A DNA stretch of 57,251 bases from an uncultured Clostridia bacterium (GCA_944380795.1 CALWIS010000012.1:1-57251); one strand, 5' to 3'; positions 11,083-22,139 are shown, counted from the stretch's first letter. The notes: generated by a model not told the origin, from the sequence alone. Translations and numbers: made by a program.

Positions 11083-12402
11083 TTAAATCATTTCAAAATA
11101 ATGTTGGGATTCATACTGCGCAGGGTCATCGGAATTCTGTACGGCTTCCCATTCCTTCTCCTTCAGTCCCAAATAGCTTTCCAGCAGCTTTTCGGGCAGA
11201 ATACGGCGGAGGAACTCGCTTTGCCGGGCCGCATCCACCGCCTCTCTCAAAGATTGGGGAAGCAGTGGCAGAGAAGCCTTGCGGCAATCGTCCGTATTAT
11301 AAAAATCAAAATCTGCGGGAGCCGGTAAGGGCAGGCCCTGCCGAACGCCCTCCATTCCCGCCTCTAACAACAGAGCTACTGTGAGATAGGGGTTGCAGGC
11401 AGGGTCTGGAGAGCGTACCTCCATACGGCAGTCACTGCCATGGGCAGCAGGCACACGGATGAGCTGGGAGCGGTTTTCACAAGACCAGCTTACCGCCAGA
11501 GGTGCTTCATAAGAACCGAAGCGGCGGTAGGAACCCGGCAGGGGATTGGCGAATACGCTGATCTCCCGAATATGGGAGAGAATCCCTGCCAAGAAGGAAG
11601 CGGCGGTGGGGTGAGGATTCCGGGCAAAATCCCGGAATAGGTTTTCTTCCCCGCGGAACAGGGAAAGATTGATGTGCAGGCCGCTGCCGCTTTTATCTGC
11701 CAATGGCTTTGGCAAAAAGGAGGCGAACAGCCCATTCTGGGCTGCTACCGCCTTTACGGTGGTGCGCAAAGTCATTAAGTTATCAGCAGCCTGCAAAGGA
11801 GAAGCGCAGCGGAAATCGATCTCGTTTTGTCCGGGCCCCTGTTCATGGTGAGAGCGCTCCGGGCGGATGCCCATTTCTTCCAAAGTGAGGCAAATCTCCC
11901 GCCGTACGTTTTCCCCGTGATCCAGAGGGGCAATATCGAAATACCCGGCTTTGTCATGGGGGAGAAGGGTGGGTTCCCCTTCTTCATTGGTACGGAACAA
12001 ATAGAATTCACATTCTGGGCCGAACAAGAACCGGTACCCATCCCGAGCTGCTTTTTCTACGGTATGTTGCAGGATACGGCGGCCATCGCCTTCAAAAGGA
12101 GTGCCGTCGGGATAGCGGATGCTGCAATAGAACCTGGCTACACAGCCCTGAGAAGGCCGCCAAGGGAAAATCGCCAGGGTGTCCGGGTCTGGGAACAGGA
12201 ACAAGTCGGATTTTTCCGCTCCGGCAAAGCCGGCAATGGCGGAAGCATCAAAGGAAACTCCCCGTTCTATAGCGTCAGGAAGCTCGCTGGCCATAATTGC
12301 GATGTTTTTGGGAACCCCCGATCCATCACAAAAGGCAAGCCGGATAAATTTGATATCGTTTTCCTCCACAAATTGGAGGATCTCCGAAATGGCGTGGCTC
12401 AT
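11083..12402 (-). CDS. glnA: Glutamine synthetase, type I
   Basis: The ORF runs 11083..12465. The likely start is ATG at 12402 (MSHAISEILQFVEENDIKFIRLAFCD), preceded by a GGGAGG RBS. GS-I motifs are present throughout. Confidence 0.9.
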   Translation of the reverse strand: MSHAISEILQFVEENDIKFIRLAFCDGSGVPKNIAIMASELPDAIERGVSFDASAIAGFAGAEKSDLFLFPDPDTLAIFPWRPSQGCVARFYCSIRYPDGTPFEGDGRRILQHTVEKAARDGYRFLFGPECEFYLFRTNEEGEPTLLPHDKAGYFDIAPLDHGENVRREICLTLEEMGIRPERSHHEQGPGQNEIDFRCASPLQAADNLMTLRTTVKAVAAQNGLFASFLPKPLADKSGSGLHINLSLFRGEENLFRDFARNPHPTAASFLAGILSHIREISVFANPLPGSYRRFGSYEAPLAVSWSCENRSQLIRVPAAHGSDCRMEVRSPDPACNPYLTVALLLEAGMEGVRQGLPLPAPADFDFYNTDDCRKASLPLLPQSLREAVDAARQSEFLRRILPEKLLESYLGLKEKEWEAVQNSDDPAQYESQHYFEMI

Positions 12403-12445
12403 AAGCAGACCTCCCAGCCTATACACTTTGCGGAAAACCGCGCTT

Positions 12446-12502
12446 ACAAAAACGGGAAACGGCACTACGGATAGGACTCCGCAGCGCCGTTGCTGTTTCC
12501 GT
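12446..12502 (-). promoter_or_regulatory. glnA leader terminator/antiterminator switch (AACGGC hexaloop hairpin)
   Basis: Minus strand reads CAGC[AACGGC]GCTG (12495-12482). GGCGCTGCGGA (12488-12478) pairs with TCCGTAGTGCC (12471-12461) around hexaloop GTCCTA. An outer stem ACGGAAAC/GTTTCCCGT follows, then TTTTTGT (12452-12446). Confidence 0.5.
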
Positions 12503-12507
12503 CTTTG

Positions 12508-12536
12508 ATTATAATGAGTGGAGTTTTTTTTGTCAA
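12508..12536 (-). promoter_or_regulatory. sigmaA-type promoter of the glnA operon
   Basis: On the minus strand: TTGACA (12536-12531), 17-nt spacer, TATAAT (12513-12508). Confidence 0.6.
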
Positions 12537-12645
12537 GAGAATTTGCAGGATTTTTTAATCATCTGTCATTGAGTACACAAGAATTCGAAAACTGACAGAT
12601 GTTTTTTGATAAAATAACAGCTTTTCAGAATTGCTATGAAATTTG

Positions 12646-12674
12646 TTGACTTGAATCCTGCAAAATGATATAAT
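12646..12674 (+). promoter_or_regulatory. sigmaA-type promoter of the glutamate synthase operon
   Basis: TTGACT (12646-12651), 17-nt spacer, TATAAT (12669-12674). Confidence 0.7.
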
Positions 12675-12682
12675 GATCGACA

Positions 12683-12753
12683 ATGAACAAAGGCGTTCAT
12701 GGGTAAAGCCCCAGAAGTTTTGGGGTCTTACTCATGGACGCCTTTTTTGTTTT
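12683..12753 (+). promoter_or_regulatory. Leader terminator/antiterminator switch (AAAGGC hexaloop hairpin overlapping an intrinsic terminator)
   Basis: ATGAAC[AAAGGC]GTTCAT lies at 12683-12700. GGCGTTCATGGGTAA (12692-12706) pairs with TTACTCATGGACGCC (12728-12742; 15 bp, 2 G-U) around a GC-rich inner hairpin. TTTTTTGTTTT follows (12743-12753). Confidence 0.6.
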
Positions 12754-12771
12754 CATAAGGAGGCAGACGAT

Positions 12772-13878
12772 ATGCTCAAAGAAGGCCAGATACGGATTCC
12801 TTCCGGTTGCGCGATTTCGGGGATTTTTTCCCGCAGTGGCAAACCGGTGTGCGGCGACCGGATCGTCCGGTCTATCGCGGTGATGCATGACCGGAGCAAC
12901 GGGTTAGGCGGCGGATTTGCCGGCTATGGTATTTATCCCGAATATAAGGATTGCTACGCCTTCCATGTTTTCTATGATGATGTGGAGGCCCGGCAGCGGG
13001 GAGAACAATTTTTGGAACGTCATTTTGATATTGTAAACCTTTCCCGTATCCCCACCCGAAAAGTACCGTCTATTTCCAATGAACCTCTGATCTGGCGGTA
13101 TTTCGTCAACCCCCTGCCCCATAAGCTGGCAGACAGCCAGCTGGATGAGCGGGAATATGTAGCCCGGTGCGTGATCCGGGTGAACAGCACCATTGAGGGC
13201 GCCTGCATTTTTTCCAGCGGAAAAAATATGGGGGTGTTTAAGGCTGTGGGGTATCCCGAAGATGTGGGAGAGTTCTACCGGCTGGAGGAATACTCCGGCT
13301 ATTGCTGGACAGCCCATGGCCGTTATCCCACCAATACCCCCGGCTGGTGGGGCGGCGCGCATCCCTTTGCCATGCTGGATTATTCGGTGGTGCATAACGG
13401 AGAAATTTCTTCCTATGATGCCAACCGCCGGTATGTGGAGATGTTCGGCTACCGCTGCAACCTGCTGACGGATACGGAAGTGATCGCGTATATGTTCGAC
13501 TATCTCCTGCGCCGTCAGGGTCTTACCCTAGAAGAGGCGGCTCATGTGGTGGCCGCTCCCTTCTGGGATACCATTGCCCGGCAGCCGGAAGAAACGAAAA
13601 AAGAACTGACCTACCTGCGCAAGGCTTTTTCCAGTATGCTCATCACCGGACCCTTTTCTATATTATTAGGGTTTGAAGGCGGCATGATGGCTCTCAACGA
13701 CCGGTTGAAACTCCGTTCCATGGTAGCCGCGGAAAAAGGGGATCTCTTTTATGTAGCCAGTGAGGAATGCGCCATCCGGGCCATTGAGCCGGAATTGGAC
13801 CGAGTGTGGTCCCCCCGTGGCGGAGAACCGGTGATTGTGCGGTTGAATGAAAATAACAGAGGGGAGGAACAGCCATGA
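12772..13878 (+). CDS. Glutamate synthase, class-II glutamine amidotransferase subunit (archaeal-type split GltS)
   Basis: The track ORF starts at 12673, but that would translate the leader terminator. ATG at 12772 lies 8 nt after AAGGAGG. An SGC-AISGIF Ntn-type catalytic Cys context follows a short propeptide. Confidence 0.85.
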   Translation: MLKEGQIRIPSGCAISGIFSRSGKPVCGDRIVRSIAVMHDRSNGLGGGFAGYGIYPEYKDCYAFHVFYDDVEARQRGEQFLERHFDIVNLSRIPTRKVPSISNEPLIWRYFVNPLPHKLADSQLDEREYVARCVIRVNSTIEGACIFSSGKNMGVFKAVGYPEDVGEFYRLEEYSGYCWTAHGRYPTNTPGWWGGAHPFAMLDYSVVHNGEISSYDANRRYVEMFGYRCNLLTDTEVIAYMFDYLLRRQGLTLEEAAHVVAAPFWDTIARQPEETKKELTYLRKAFSSMLITGPFSILLGFEGGMMALNDRLKLRSMVAAEKGDLFYVASEECAIRAIEPELDRVWSPRGGEPVIVRLNENNRGEEQP

Positions 13879-15380
13879 TACCCAACGAGATCTACGCGGA
13901 ATTTGAAGTAGTGCGGAACCTTGACCGCTGTACCGTATGCCGTGTGTGCGAAAAGCAGTGCCCCAACGGCGTGCACACCTTTCAGGCAGAAAAAGGCGTG
14001 ATGCTGGCAGACGAGACTAAATGCGTCAACTGTCACCGGTGTGTGGCCTTCTGTCCCACCCGAGCCTTGAAGATCGTCCCCAGCGGCCACACCTTCCGCC
14101 CCAATGCCAACTGGAGCCGACAGTCCATCGAAGAAGTGTACCGGCAGGCATCCAGCGGAGGTGTACTCCTCTCCTCTATGGGAAATCCATGCTCGTATCC
14201 TGTGTACTGGGATAAGCTCCTTCTCAATGCTTCTCAGGTGACCAACCCCTCCATCGACCCCCTGCGGGAGCCTATGGAGACCCGCACCTTTTTGGGCAAA
14301 AAGCCCCAGCGCATTTGCCGGGATGCTTCTGGAAAACTCGTGGACAATATGGAGCCGGGTCTGGAACTCTCCACTCCCATACTGTTTTCCGCCATGAGCT
14401 ACGGCTCTATCAGCTATAACGCTCACGCAGCCTTGGCTCGTGCAGCGCAGGAGTTGGGCACCTATTATAATACCGGTGAGGGCGGCCTTCATGAGGATTT
14501 TTACTGCTATGGAGAAAACACCATCGTGCAGGTGGCTTCAGGCCGGTTTGGCGTCCATCGGGAATACCTGAACGCAGGAGCCGCTGTGGAAATCAAGATC
14601 GGACAGGGCGCCAAGCCGGGCATAGGCGGACATCTTCCCGGCTCCAAAATTGTGGCGGATGTGTCCCGTACCCGAATGATTCCCGAGGGCAGCGACGCCA
14701 TTTCCCCGGCTCCTCACCACGACATTTACTCCCTTGAGGATCTGCATCAGCTGGTATACTCCCTCAAGGAGGCTACCGGGTACAAAAAGCCGGTGATCGT
14801 CAAGGTAGCGGCGGTACACAATATTGCAGCCATTGCCAGCGGCATTGCCCGCAGCGGCGCAGACGTTATCGCCATCGACGGCTTCCGGGGCGGCACCGGC
14901 GCAGCTCCCACCCGTATCCGGGATAATATCGGTATCCCCATTGAGCTGGCGTTGGCGGCAGTGGACCAGCGCTTGCGGGAGGAAGGCATCCGGGGAGAGG
15001 TTTCCATCATCGCCGGAGGAAGCATCCGTTCCAGTGCCGATGTGGTAAAGGCCATTGCTCTGGGTGCGGACGCCGTTTATATTGGAACCGCTGCTCTGCT
15101 GGCGTTGGGATGCCATCTGTGCCGCTCCTGCCAGTCCGGTAAATGTGCCTGGGGCATCGCCACCCAGAAACCGGAGCTGGTCAAGCGGCTGAATCCGGAG
15201 GAAGGAGCCCAGCGGCTGGTGAATCTGGTCAATGCCTGGACTCATGAGATCAAGGAAATGATGGGTGGTATGGGCATCAACTCCATTGAAGCCCTTCGAG
15301 GCAACCGGCTGATGCTTCGAGGAATCGGCCTCAACGAGCGGGAGCTCTCCATTCTGGGAGTTTCCCATGCCGGGGAATAA
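13875..15380 (+). CDS. Glutamate synthase FMN-binding subunit with an N-terminal 2x[4Fe-4S] ferredoxin domain
   Basis: CxxCxxCxxxCP motifs (CTVCRVCEKQCP, CVNCHRCVAFCP) are followed by a GltS central-domain pattern (GEGG, KIGQGAKPGIGGHLPG, GGTGAAP). It overlaps the upstream gene by 4 nt. Confidence 0.85.
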   Translation: MIPNEIYAEFEVVRNLDRCTVCRVCEKQCPNGVHTFQAEKGVMLADETKCVNCHRCVAFCPTRALKIVPSGHTFRPNANWSRQSIEEVYRQASSGGVLLSSMGNPCSYPVYWDKLLLNASQVTNPSIDPLREPMETRTFLGKKPQRICRDASGKLVDNMEPGLELSTPILFSAMSYGSISYNAHAALARAAQELGTYYNTGEGGLHEDFYCYGENTIVQVASGRFGVHREYLNAGAAVEIKIGQGAKPGIGGHLPGSKIVADVSRTRMIPEGSDAISPAPHHDIYSLEDLHQLVYSLKEATGYKKPVIVKVAAVHNIAAIASGIARSGADVIAIDGFRGGTGAAPTRIRDNIGIPIELALAAVDQRLREEGIRGEVSIIAGGSIRSSADVVKAIALGADAVYIGTAALLALGCHLCRSCQSGKCAWGIATQKPELVKRLNPEEGAQRLVNLVNAWTHEIKEMMGGMGINSIEALRGNRLMLRGIGLNERELSILGVSHAGE

Positions 15381-15392
15381 GGAGGCGAGGTT

Positions 15393-16112
15393 ATGAACAT
15401 CAACGCAGAAAATCTGCATTTTAAGGTGCTGAACCAGCAGGTGCGCCAGTGCGAAGAACCTAATATCGTCATTGACAACTGCTGCGGGCAGCGATATATC
15501 GCCGCCGGACTTTCCGGCCGGGAAATTGAGATCTACGGTACACCGGGCAATGCCTTGGGAGCGTATCTGGACGGCTGCGAGATTTACGTCCACGGCAACG
15601 CCCAGGATGCCGCCGGAGATACCATGAACGATGGATGTATCTGTATAGACGGTATGGCCGGAGACGCCGCTGGGTATGCTATGAGAGGCGGCAGTATGTA
15701 CATCCGGGGCAATGCCGGTTACCGGGCAGGCATCCACATGAAGGCCTATCAGGAAAAGCAGCCGCTGCTGGTGATCGGCGGCGCTGCGGGCAGCTTTTTG
15801 GGTGAATATCAGGCCGGAGGCACCATCATTGTATTGGGGCTTGGATGTAAAGGAGTGCCGGTAGGCAACTTCTGTGGTATGGGAATGCACGGCGGGCGAA
15901 TTTTCCTGCGTACCGATGAGCTTCCCCCAGATCTTTCTCAACGGCTGGTGTGCGCTCCTGCCACTCCAGAGGAGATGGACAGCATTCGTCCGGCGCTGGA
16001 ACGGTTCTGCGCCTTCTTCCGACAGGATGAAAAGGAGCTGTTTCAAAAGCCGTTTTACTGCATCGTCCCCAACAGCCGGAACCCGTACCGGCAGCTTTAC
16101 ACAGGGAACTAA
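15393..16112 (+). CDS. Glutamate synthase GXGXG-motif (alpha-subunit C-terminal) domain protein
   Basis: Repeated G-x-G-x-G beta-helix pattern: YGTPGNALGAY, VHGNAQDAAGDTM, IDGMAGDAAGY, IRGNAGYRAG. Confidence 0.85.
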   Translation: MNINAENLHFKVLNQQVRQCEEPNIVIDNCCGQRYIAAGLSGREIEIYGTPGNALGAYLDGCEIYVHGNAQDAAGDTMNDGCICIDGMAGDAAGYAMRGGSMYIRGNAGYRAGIHMKAYQEKQPLLVIGGAAGSFLGEYQAGGTIIVLGLGCKGVPVGNFCGMGMHGGRIFLRTDELPPDLSQRLVCAPATPEEMDSIRPALERFCAFFRQDEKELFQKPFYCIVPNSRNPYRQLYTGN

Positions 16113-16189
16113 GAAGAATCCGGAGGTTGCCGCGCTTTCTTAGGAGAGGCGCGGCGGCTTCCTGTAATCATAGATTGGAGGCTGAAAGA

Positions 16190-17299
16190 ATGGAACAGAC
16201 AGTATATCTGTTGCTGGAAAACGGGCAGTGTATGGAGGGTAAGGCTTTTGGCGCCCCCGTAACCGAGACCGTTGGCGAGGTCGTGTTTACTACCGCCATG
16301 ACCGGATATTGCGAGACTCTTACCGACCCCAGCTATTGTGGGCAGATGGTAGTACAAACCTTTCCTTTGATCGGGAATTACGGCATGATTCCCGAAGATT
16401 TTGAAAGCGGCAGGCCTCAGCTTTGCGCATATATTGTCCGTGAATGGTGTCAGAATCCCTCCAATTTCCGAAACGGCGGGGATCTTGACACTTTTTTGCG
16501 GAAATGGGGGATTCCCGGTATCTATGGTCTGGACACTCGAAAGCTCACCCGCCTGTTGCGGGAAAAGGGCGTGATGAACGGAAAACTCACCACCCAGAAG
16601 CCCCAGGGAAGCCCGGAAGAGCTGAAAGCTCTTGCTTCCTTCCGGGTGACAAAGCCGGTGGATAAGGTCACCTGCTCTGCTGCCCAAAGCTATGGGGAAG
16701 AAAGCAGCGCCTTCCATGTGGTGCTGTGGGATTTCGGCGCAAAGCGGAACATTCTCCGGGAACTGCTGGACATGGGCTGCCGGGTCACGGTGGTTCCTGC
16801 CGGTACTTCCGCCAAGGAGATTTTATCCATGGCTCCTGATGGTGTGATGCTCTCCAACGGCCCGGGAGACCCCACGGATAACCCGGAGATTATCCGGGAG
16901 GTGGGGGCTCTCATGGCATCCGGCGTACCGATTATGGGCATCTGTTTGGGGCATCAGCTTATGGCGCTGGCCAAGGGCGGGGAGACCGATAAGCTGAAAT
17001 ACGGTCACCGTGGCGCCAACCAGCCGGTACGGGAAGAAAAAACAGGACGCATCTATATTACCAGCCAGAATCATGGCTATGCAGTGAGCAAAGCGCCCCA
17101 AGGGGCTGTGGTGAGCTTTACCAATGTGAATGACAATACCTGCGAGGGTCTGGAATACACAGATTGCCCGGCCTTTTCTGTTCAGTTCCACCCTGAAGCC
17201 TGCGGTGGCCCCAAGGATACCGAAATGCTGTTTCTGCGCTTATGCCGTATGATGGAAGAAACCAAAAATACCAGAGAGGAGACTGTCGTATGCCGCTGA
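16190..17299 (+). CDS. carA: Carbamoyl-phosphate synthase small (glutaminase) subunit
   Basis: ATG at 16190 (MEQTVYLLLENGQCMEGKAFGA) follows TTGGAGG. GICLGHQ and HGYAV class-I GATase motifs are present. Confidence 0.92.
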   Translation: MEQTVYLLLENGQCMEGKAFGAPVTETVGEVVFTTAMTGYCETLTDPSYCGQMVVQTFPLIGNYGMIPEDFESGRPQLCAYIVREWCQNPSNFRNGGDLDTFLRKWGIPGIYGLDTRKLTRLLREKGVMNGKLTTQKPQGSPEELKALASFRVTKPVDKVTCSAAQSYGEESSAFHVVLWDFGAKRNILRELLDMGCRVTVVPAGTSAKEILSMAPDGVMLSNGPGDPTDNPEIIREVGALMASGVPIMGICLGHQLMALAKGGETDKLKYGHRGANQPVREEKTGRIYITSQNHGYAVSKAPQGAVVSFTNVNDNTCEGLEYTDCPAFSVQFHPEACGGPKDTEMLFLRLCRMMEETKNTREETVVCR

Positions 17300-20200
17300 A
17301 TCCCCGTTTAAAGAAAGTAATGGTCATCGGCTCCGGCCCCATCGTCATTGGGCAGGCAGCAGAATTTGATTATGCAGGCACCCAGGCCTGCCGCGCCCTG
17401 AAGGAAGAGGGGCTCACCGTAGTACTGGTGAACTCCAACCCCGCCACCATCATGACCGATAAGGCAGTGGCGGATTCCATTTACATTGAGCCTTTAACGC
17501 TGGAAACTTTGCGGCGTATCATCCGTCTGGAAAAGCCCGACGGCCTGCTGTCTACTTTGGGCGGACAAACTGGCCTGACCCTTTCTATGGAACTGGCCCG
17601 GGAAGGCTTTTTGGCTAAAGAAGGGGTAGCTCTGCTGGGCGCCCGCTTGGAAACCATCGACCGGGCAGAGGATCGCCAGATTTTTAAGGATACCATGGAA
17701 TCCATTGGCCAGCCCACCGTTCCCTCCAAGGTGGTGCACACGTTGGAAGGCGCTTTGGAATTTGCCGAAAAAATGGGATATCCTGTGGTGGTGCGCCCCG
17801 CCTTTACCTTGGGCGGCACCGGCGGCGGTATCGCCGCTACTCCTCAGGAGCTGGAAGAGATTGCAGGTAACGGCCTGCGACTTTCCCCCATCCATCAGGT
17901 TTTGGTGGAAAAATCCATTGCCGGCTGGAAAGAAATTGAATTTGAGGTCATACGGGACGGAGCCGGCAACGCTGTTACCGTGTGCTCTATGGAAAACCTG
18001 GACCCGGTGGGAGTCCACACCGGCGACTCTATTGTGGCCGCTCCGGCTCTCACTCTGGCAGACCGGGAATACCAGATGCTCCGCAGCGCAGCCTTGAACA
18101 TCATCCATGCTATGGGGGTGGAGGGTGGCTGCAACTGCCAGTTTGCTTTGAACCCCGACAGCTTCCAGTATGCGGTCATCGAGGTAAACCCCCGTGTGTC
18201 CCGTTCTTCTGCTTTGGCCTCCAAAGCTACCGGCTACCCCATTGCCCGCGTAGCAGCGAAAATCGCGCTGGGCTACCGGCTGGACGAGATCCCCAATGAG
18301 ATCACTGGCAAGACCATGGCTTGTTTTGAGCCTGCTCTGGACTATGTGGTGGTGAAGGTTCCCAAGTGGCCCTTTGATAAGTTCGTTTATGCCAGCCGCC
18401 GGTTGGGCACCCAGATGAAGGCCACCGGCGAAGTGATGGCCATTGGCCGCAGCTTTGAGCAGGCATTGCTGAAAGCCATACGGGGCGCCGAAATCTCGCT
18501 GGATACGCTGAACCTCCCCGGAATGGAGGAGCTTACCCGGGAGGAACTGATGGAAAAGATTTCCGCTCAGGACGATCAGCGGATTTTTGCCGTGTTTGAA
18601 GCCTTGAAGCGGGGGATCACAGTAGAGGAACTCCATGAGCTCACCGGCATTGACCCCTGGTTCCTGTCTAAGTTGGTGCACATGGTTTCCCTGGAAGAAC
18701 GTATGAAGAAAGAACCCATCACACGGGAGTTTTTGCTGGAATTAAAGCAGAACGGCTATCCCGATGCCGCCATCCGCCGGATTTCCGGTCAGGAGGTGGA
18801 GCATTTGCCGGCTGTGTATAAAATGGTGGATACCTGCGGCGGCGAGTTTGCCTCCGAAACCCCCTATTTCTATTCCTCTTGGGAGGAGGAGGACGAAGCC
18901 GCAGAGTTTATTGCAGAGCATTCCACCGGAAAGCCGGTGGTGCTGGTGTTTGGTTCCGGCCCCATCCGTATCGGTCAGGGTATCGAATTTGACTACGCTT
19001 CCGTTCACTGCGTATGGGCTTACAAAGAGGCAGGCTACGAGGTAGTTCTCATCAACAATAACCCGGAAACGGTGTCCACCGACTTTAACACCGGCGACCG
19101 GTTGTATTTTGAGCCCCTCACTCCGGAAGACGTGATGGATATTGTGAGGGAAGAAAAGCCGGTGGGAGCTGTGGTAGCTTTTGGCGGACAGACCGCTATC
19201 CGGCTCACTGCCTGCTTGGTGGAAAATGGGGTGCCGGTACTGGGCACTCCCGCAGACAGCATCGACATGGCAGAGGATCGCGGCCGGTTTGACGCTTTGC
19301 TGGAAGAACTTTCCATGAAGCGCCCCAAGGGTGATACCGTCACCACCGAGGAGGAGGCGTTGGCTGCCGCCAATCGGCTAGGCTATCCGGTGCTCATGCG
19401 CCCCAGTTATGTACTGGGTGGTCAAAATATGATTATCGCCTTCTCCGACGCGGACATCCGGGAATATATGAAGATTATTCTGGAGCACGAAGGGAAAAAC
19501 GTGGTGCTCATCGACCAGTACCTCATGGGCGTGGAGCTGGAAGTGGATGCCGTGTGCGATGGGGAAGATGTGCTGCTCCCCGGCATTATGGAGCATATCG
19601 AGCGGGCTGGCGTTCACTCGGGAGACTCCATTGCGGTTTGTCCGCCCTGGAACCTGACCCAGAAGCAAAAGGCTCAGGTAGCCGAATATTCCCGGAAGTT
19701 GGCGCTGGCTCTGCACACCAAGGGATTGATCAACATTCAGTATATCCTTCACGAGGGAGAACTGTATATCATCGAGGTGAACCCCCGTTCCAGCCGTACG
19801 GTGCCTTATATCAGCAAGGTGACTGGTATTCCGGTGGTGGATATCGCCGCCCGGGCTATGATGGGCGAAAAGCTGCGGGATATGGGCTATGGCACCGGCC
19901 TTGCCCCGGAAAGCGGCTGGTATGCGGTAAAAGTGCCAGTGTTCTCCTTTGAAAAGCTCACGGACGTGGACGTACAGCTGGGGCCGGAGATGAAGTCTAC
20001 CGGCGAGGTGTTGGGCGTGGCCCGCACTTTGGAGGAAGCGCTGTATAAGGGCCTCACCGCAGCCGGATTCCGCATGGAGAAGGAAGGCGGCGTGCTCCTC
20101 ACTGTCCGAGATTCGGATAAGGGCGAGATTGCCGCAGTGGCCGCCAAATTTACGGCGCTGGGCTTCTCCCTGTATGCCACCGCAGGTACCGCCAAAGTGC

Positions 20201-20505
20201 TGCGGGAAGCCGGGCTCAACGCCATGGTCACCGCCAAGATTCACGAAAGCGATGTGAATACCCGCACCCTACTGGAGAGCGGAAAGGTGCGCTATATCGT
20301 CTCCACCTCTGCCAAGGGACGTATCCCCGCCCGGGACAGCGTAAAACTGCGCCGGAAGGCGGTGGAGCTGGGCATTCCCTGCCTTACCTCTCTGGACACG
20401 GCCAACGCTCTGGTGGACAGCCTGCAAAGCAGCTTTAGCGAAGAAAATACCCAGCTGGTAGATATTGCCCGCTTGGAACGGAATGCGGACATTCACAAGG
20501 GATAA
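17290..20505 (+). CDS. carB: Carbamoyl-phosphate synthase large subunit
   Basis: MPLNPRLKKVMVIGSGPIVIGQAAEFDYAGTQ starts at 17290 and overlaps the carA stop. The ATP-grasp halves are duplicated and an MGS-like C-terminus is present. Confidence 0.95.
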   Translation: MPLNPRLKKVMVIGSGPIVIGQAAEFDYAGTQACRALKEEGLTVVLVNSNPATIMTDKAVADSIYIEPLTLETLRRIIRLEKPDGLLSTLGGQTGLTLSMELAREGFLAKEGVALLGARLETIDRAEDRQIFKDTMESIGQPTVPSKVVHTLEGALEFAEKMGYPVVVRPAFTLGGTGGGIAATPQELEEIAGNGLRLSPIHQVLVEKSIAGWKEIEFEVIRDGAGNAVTVCSMENLDPVGVHTGDSIVAAPALTLADREYQMLRSAALNIIHAMGVEGGCNCQFALNPDSFQYAVIEVNPRVSRSSALASKATGYPIARVAAKIALGYRLDEIPNEITGKTMACFEPALDYVVVKVPKWPFDKFVYASRRLGTQMKATGEVMAIGRSFEQALLKAIRGAEISLDTLNLPGMEELTREELMEKISAQDDQRIFAVFEALKRGITVEELHELTGIDPWFLSKLVHMVSLEERMKKEPITREFLLELKQNGYPDAAIRRISGQEVEHLPAVYKMVDTCGGEFASETPYFYSSWEEEDEAAEFIAEHSTGKPVVLVFGSGPIRIGQGIEFDYASVHCVWAYKEAGYEVVLINNNPETVSTDFNTGDRLYFEPLTPEDVMDIVREEKPVGAVVAFGGQTAIRLTACLVENGVPVLGTPADSIDMAEDRGRFDALLEELSMKRPKGDTVTTEEEALAAANRLGYPVLMRPSYVLGGQNMIIAFSDADIREYMKIILEHEGKNVVLIDQYLMGVELEVDAVCDGEDVLLPGIMEHIERAGVHSGDSIAVCPPWNLTQKQKAQVAEYSRKLALALHTKGLINIQYILHEGELYIIEVNPRSSRTVPYISKVTGIPVVDIAARAMMGEKLRDMGYGTGLAPESGWYAVKVPVFSFEKLTDVDVQLGPEMKSTGEVLGVARTLEEALYKGLTAAGFRMEKEGGVLLTVRDSDKGEIAAVAAKFTALGFSLYATAGTAKVLREAGLNAMVTAKIHESDVNTRTLLESGKVRYIVSTSAKGRIPARDSVKLRRKAVELGIPCLTSLDTANALVDSLQSSFSEENTQLVDIARLERNADIHKG

Positions 20506-22139
<1,634 letters not shown>

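Noticed and set aside
12673-12771. Track start codon that would add 33 residues to the glutamate synthase amidotransferase subunit.
   Set aside because: This stretch begins inside the -10 box and contains the leader terminator. The strong AAGGAGG RBS serves the ATG at 12772.
16129-16155. GCCGCGC/GCGCGGC hairpin between the GXGXG gene and carA, considered as a terminator or PyrR site (loop TTTCTTAGGAGAG).
   Set aside because: No T-run follows it, the loop matches the PyrR consensus only partially, and it lies just upstream of the carA RBS region (TTGGAGG at about 16175). I treat it as a non-terminating structure.
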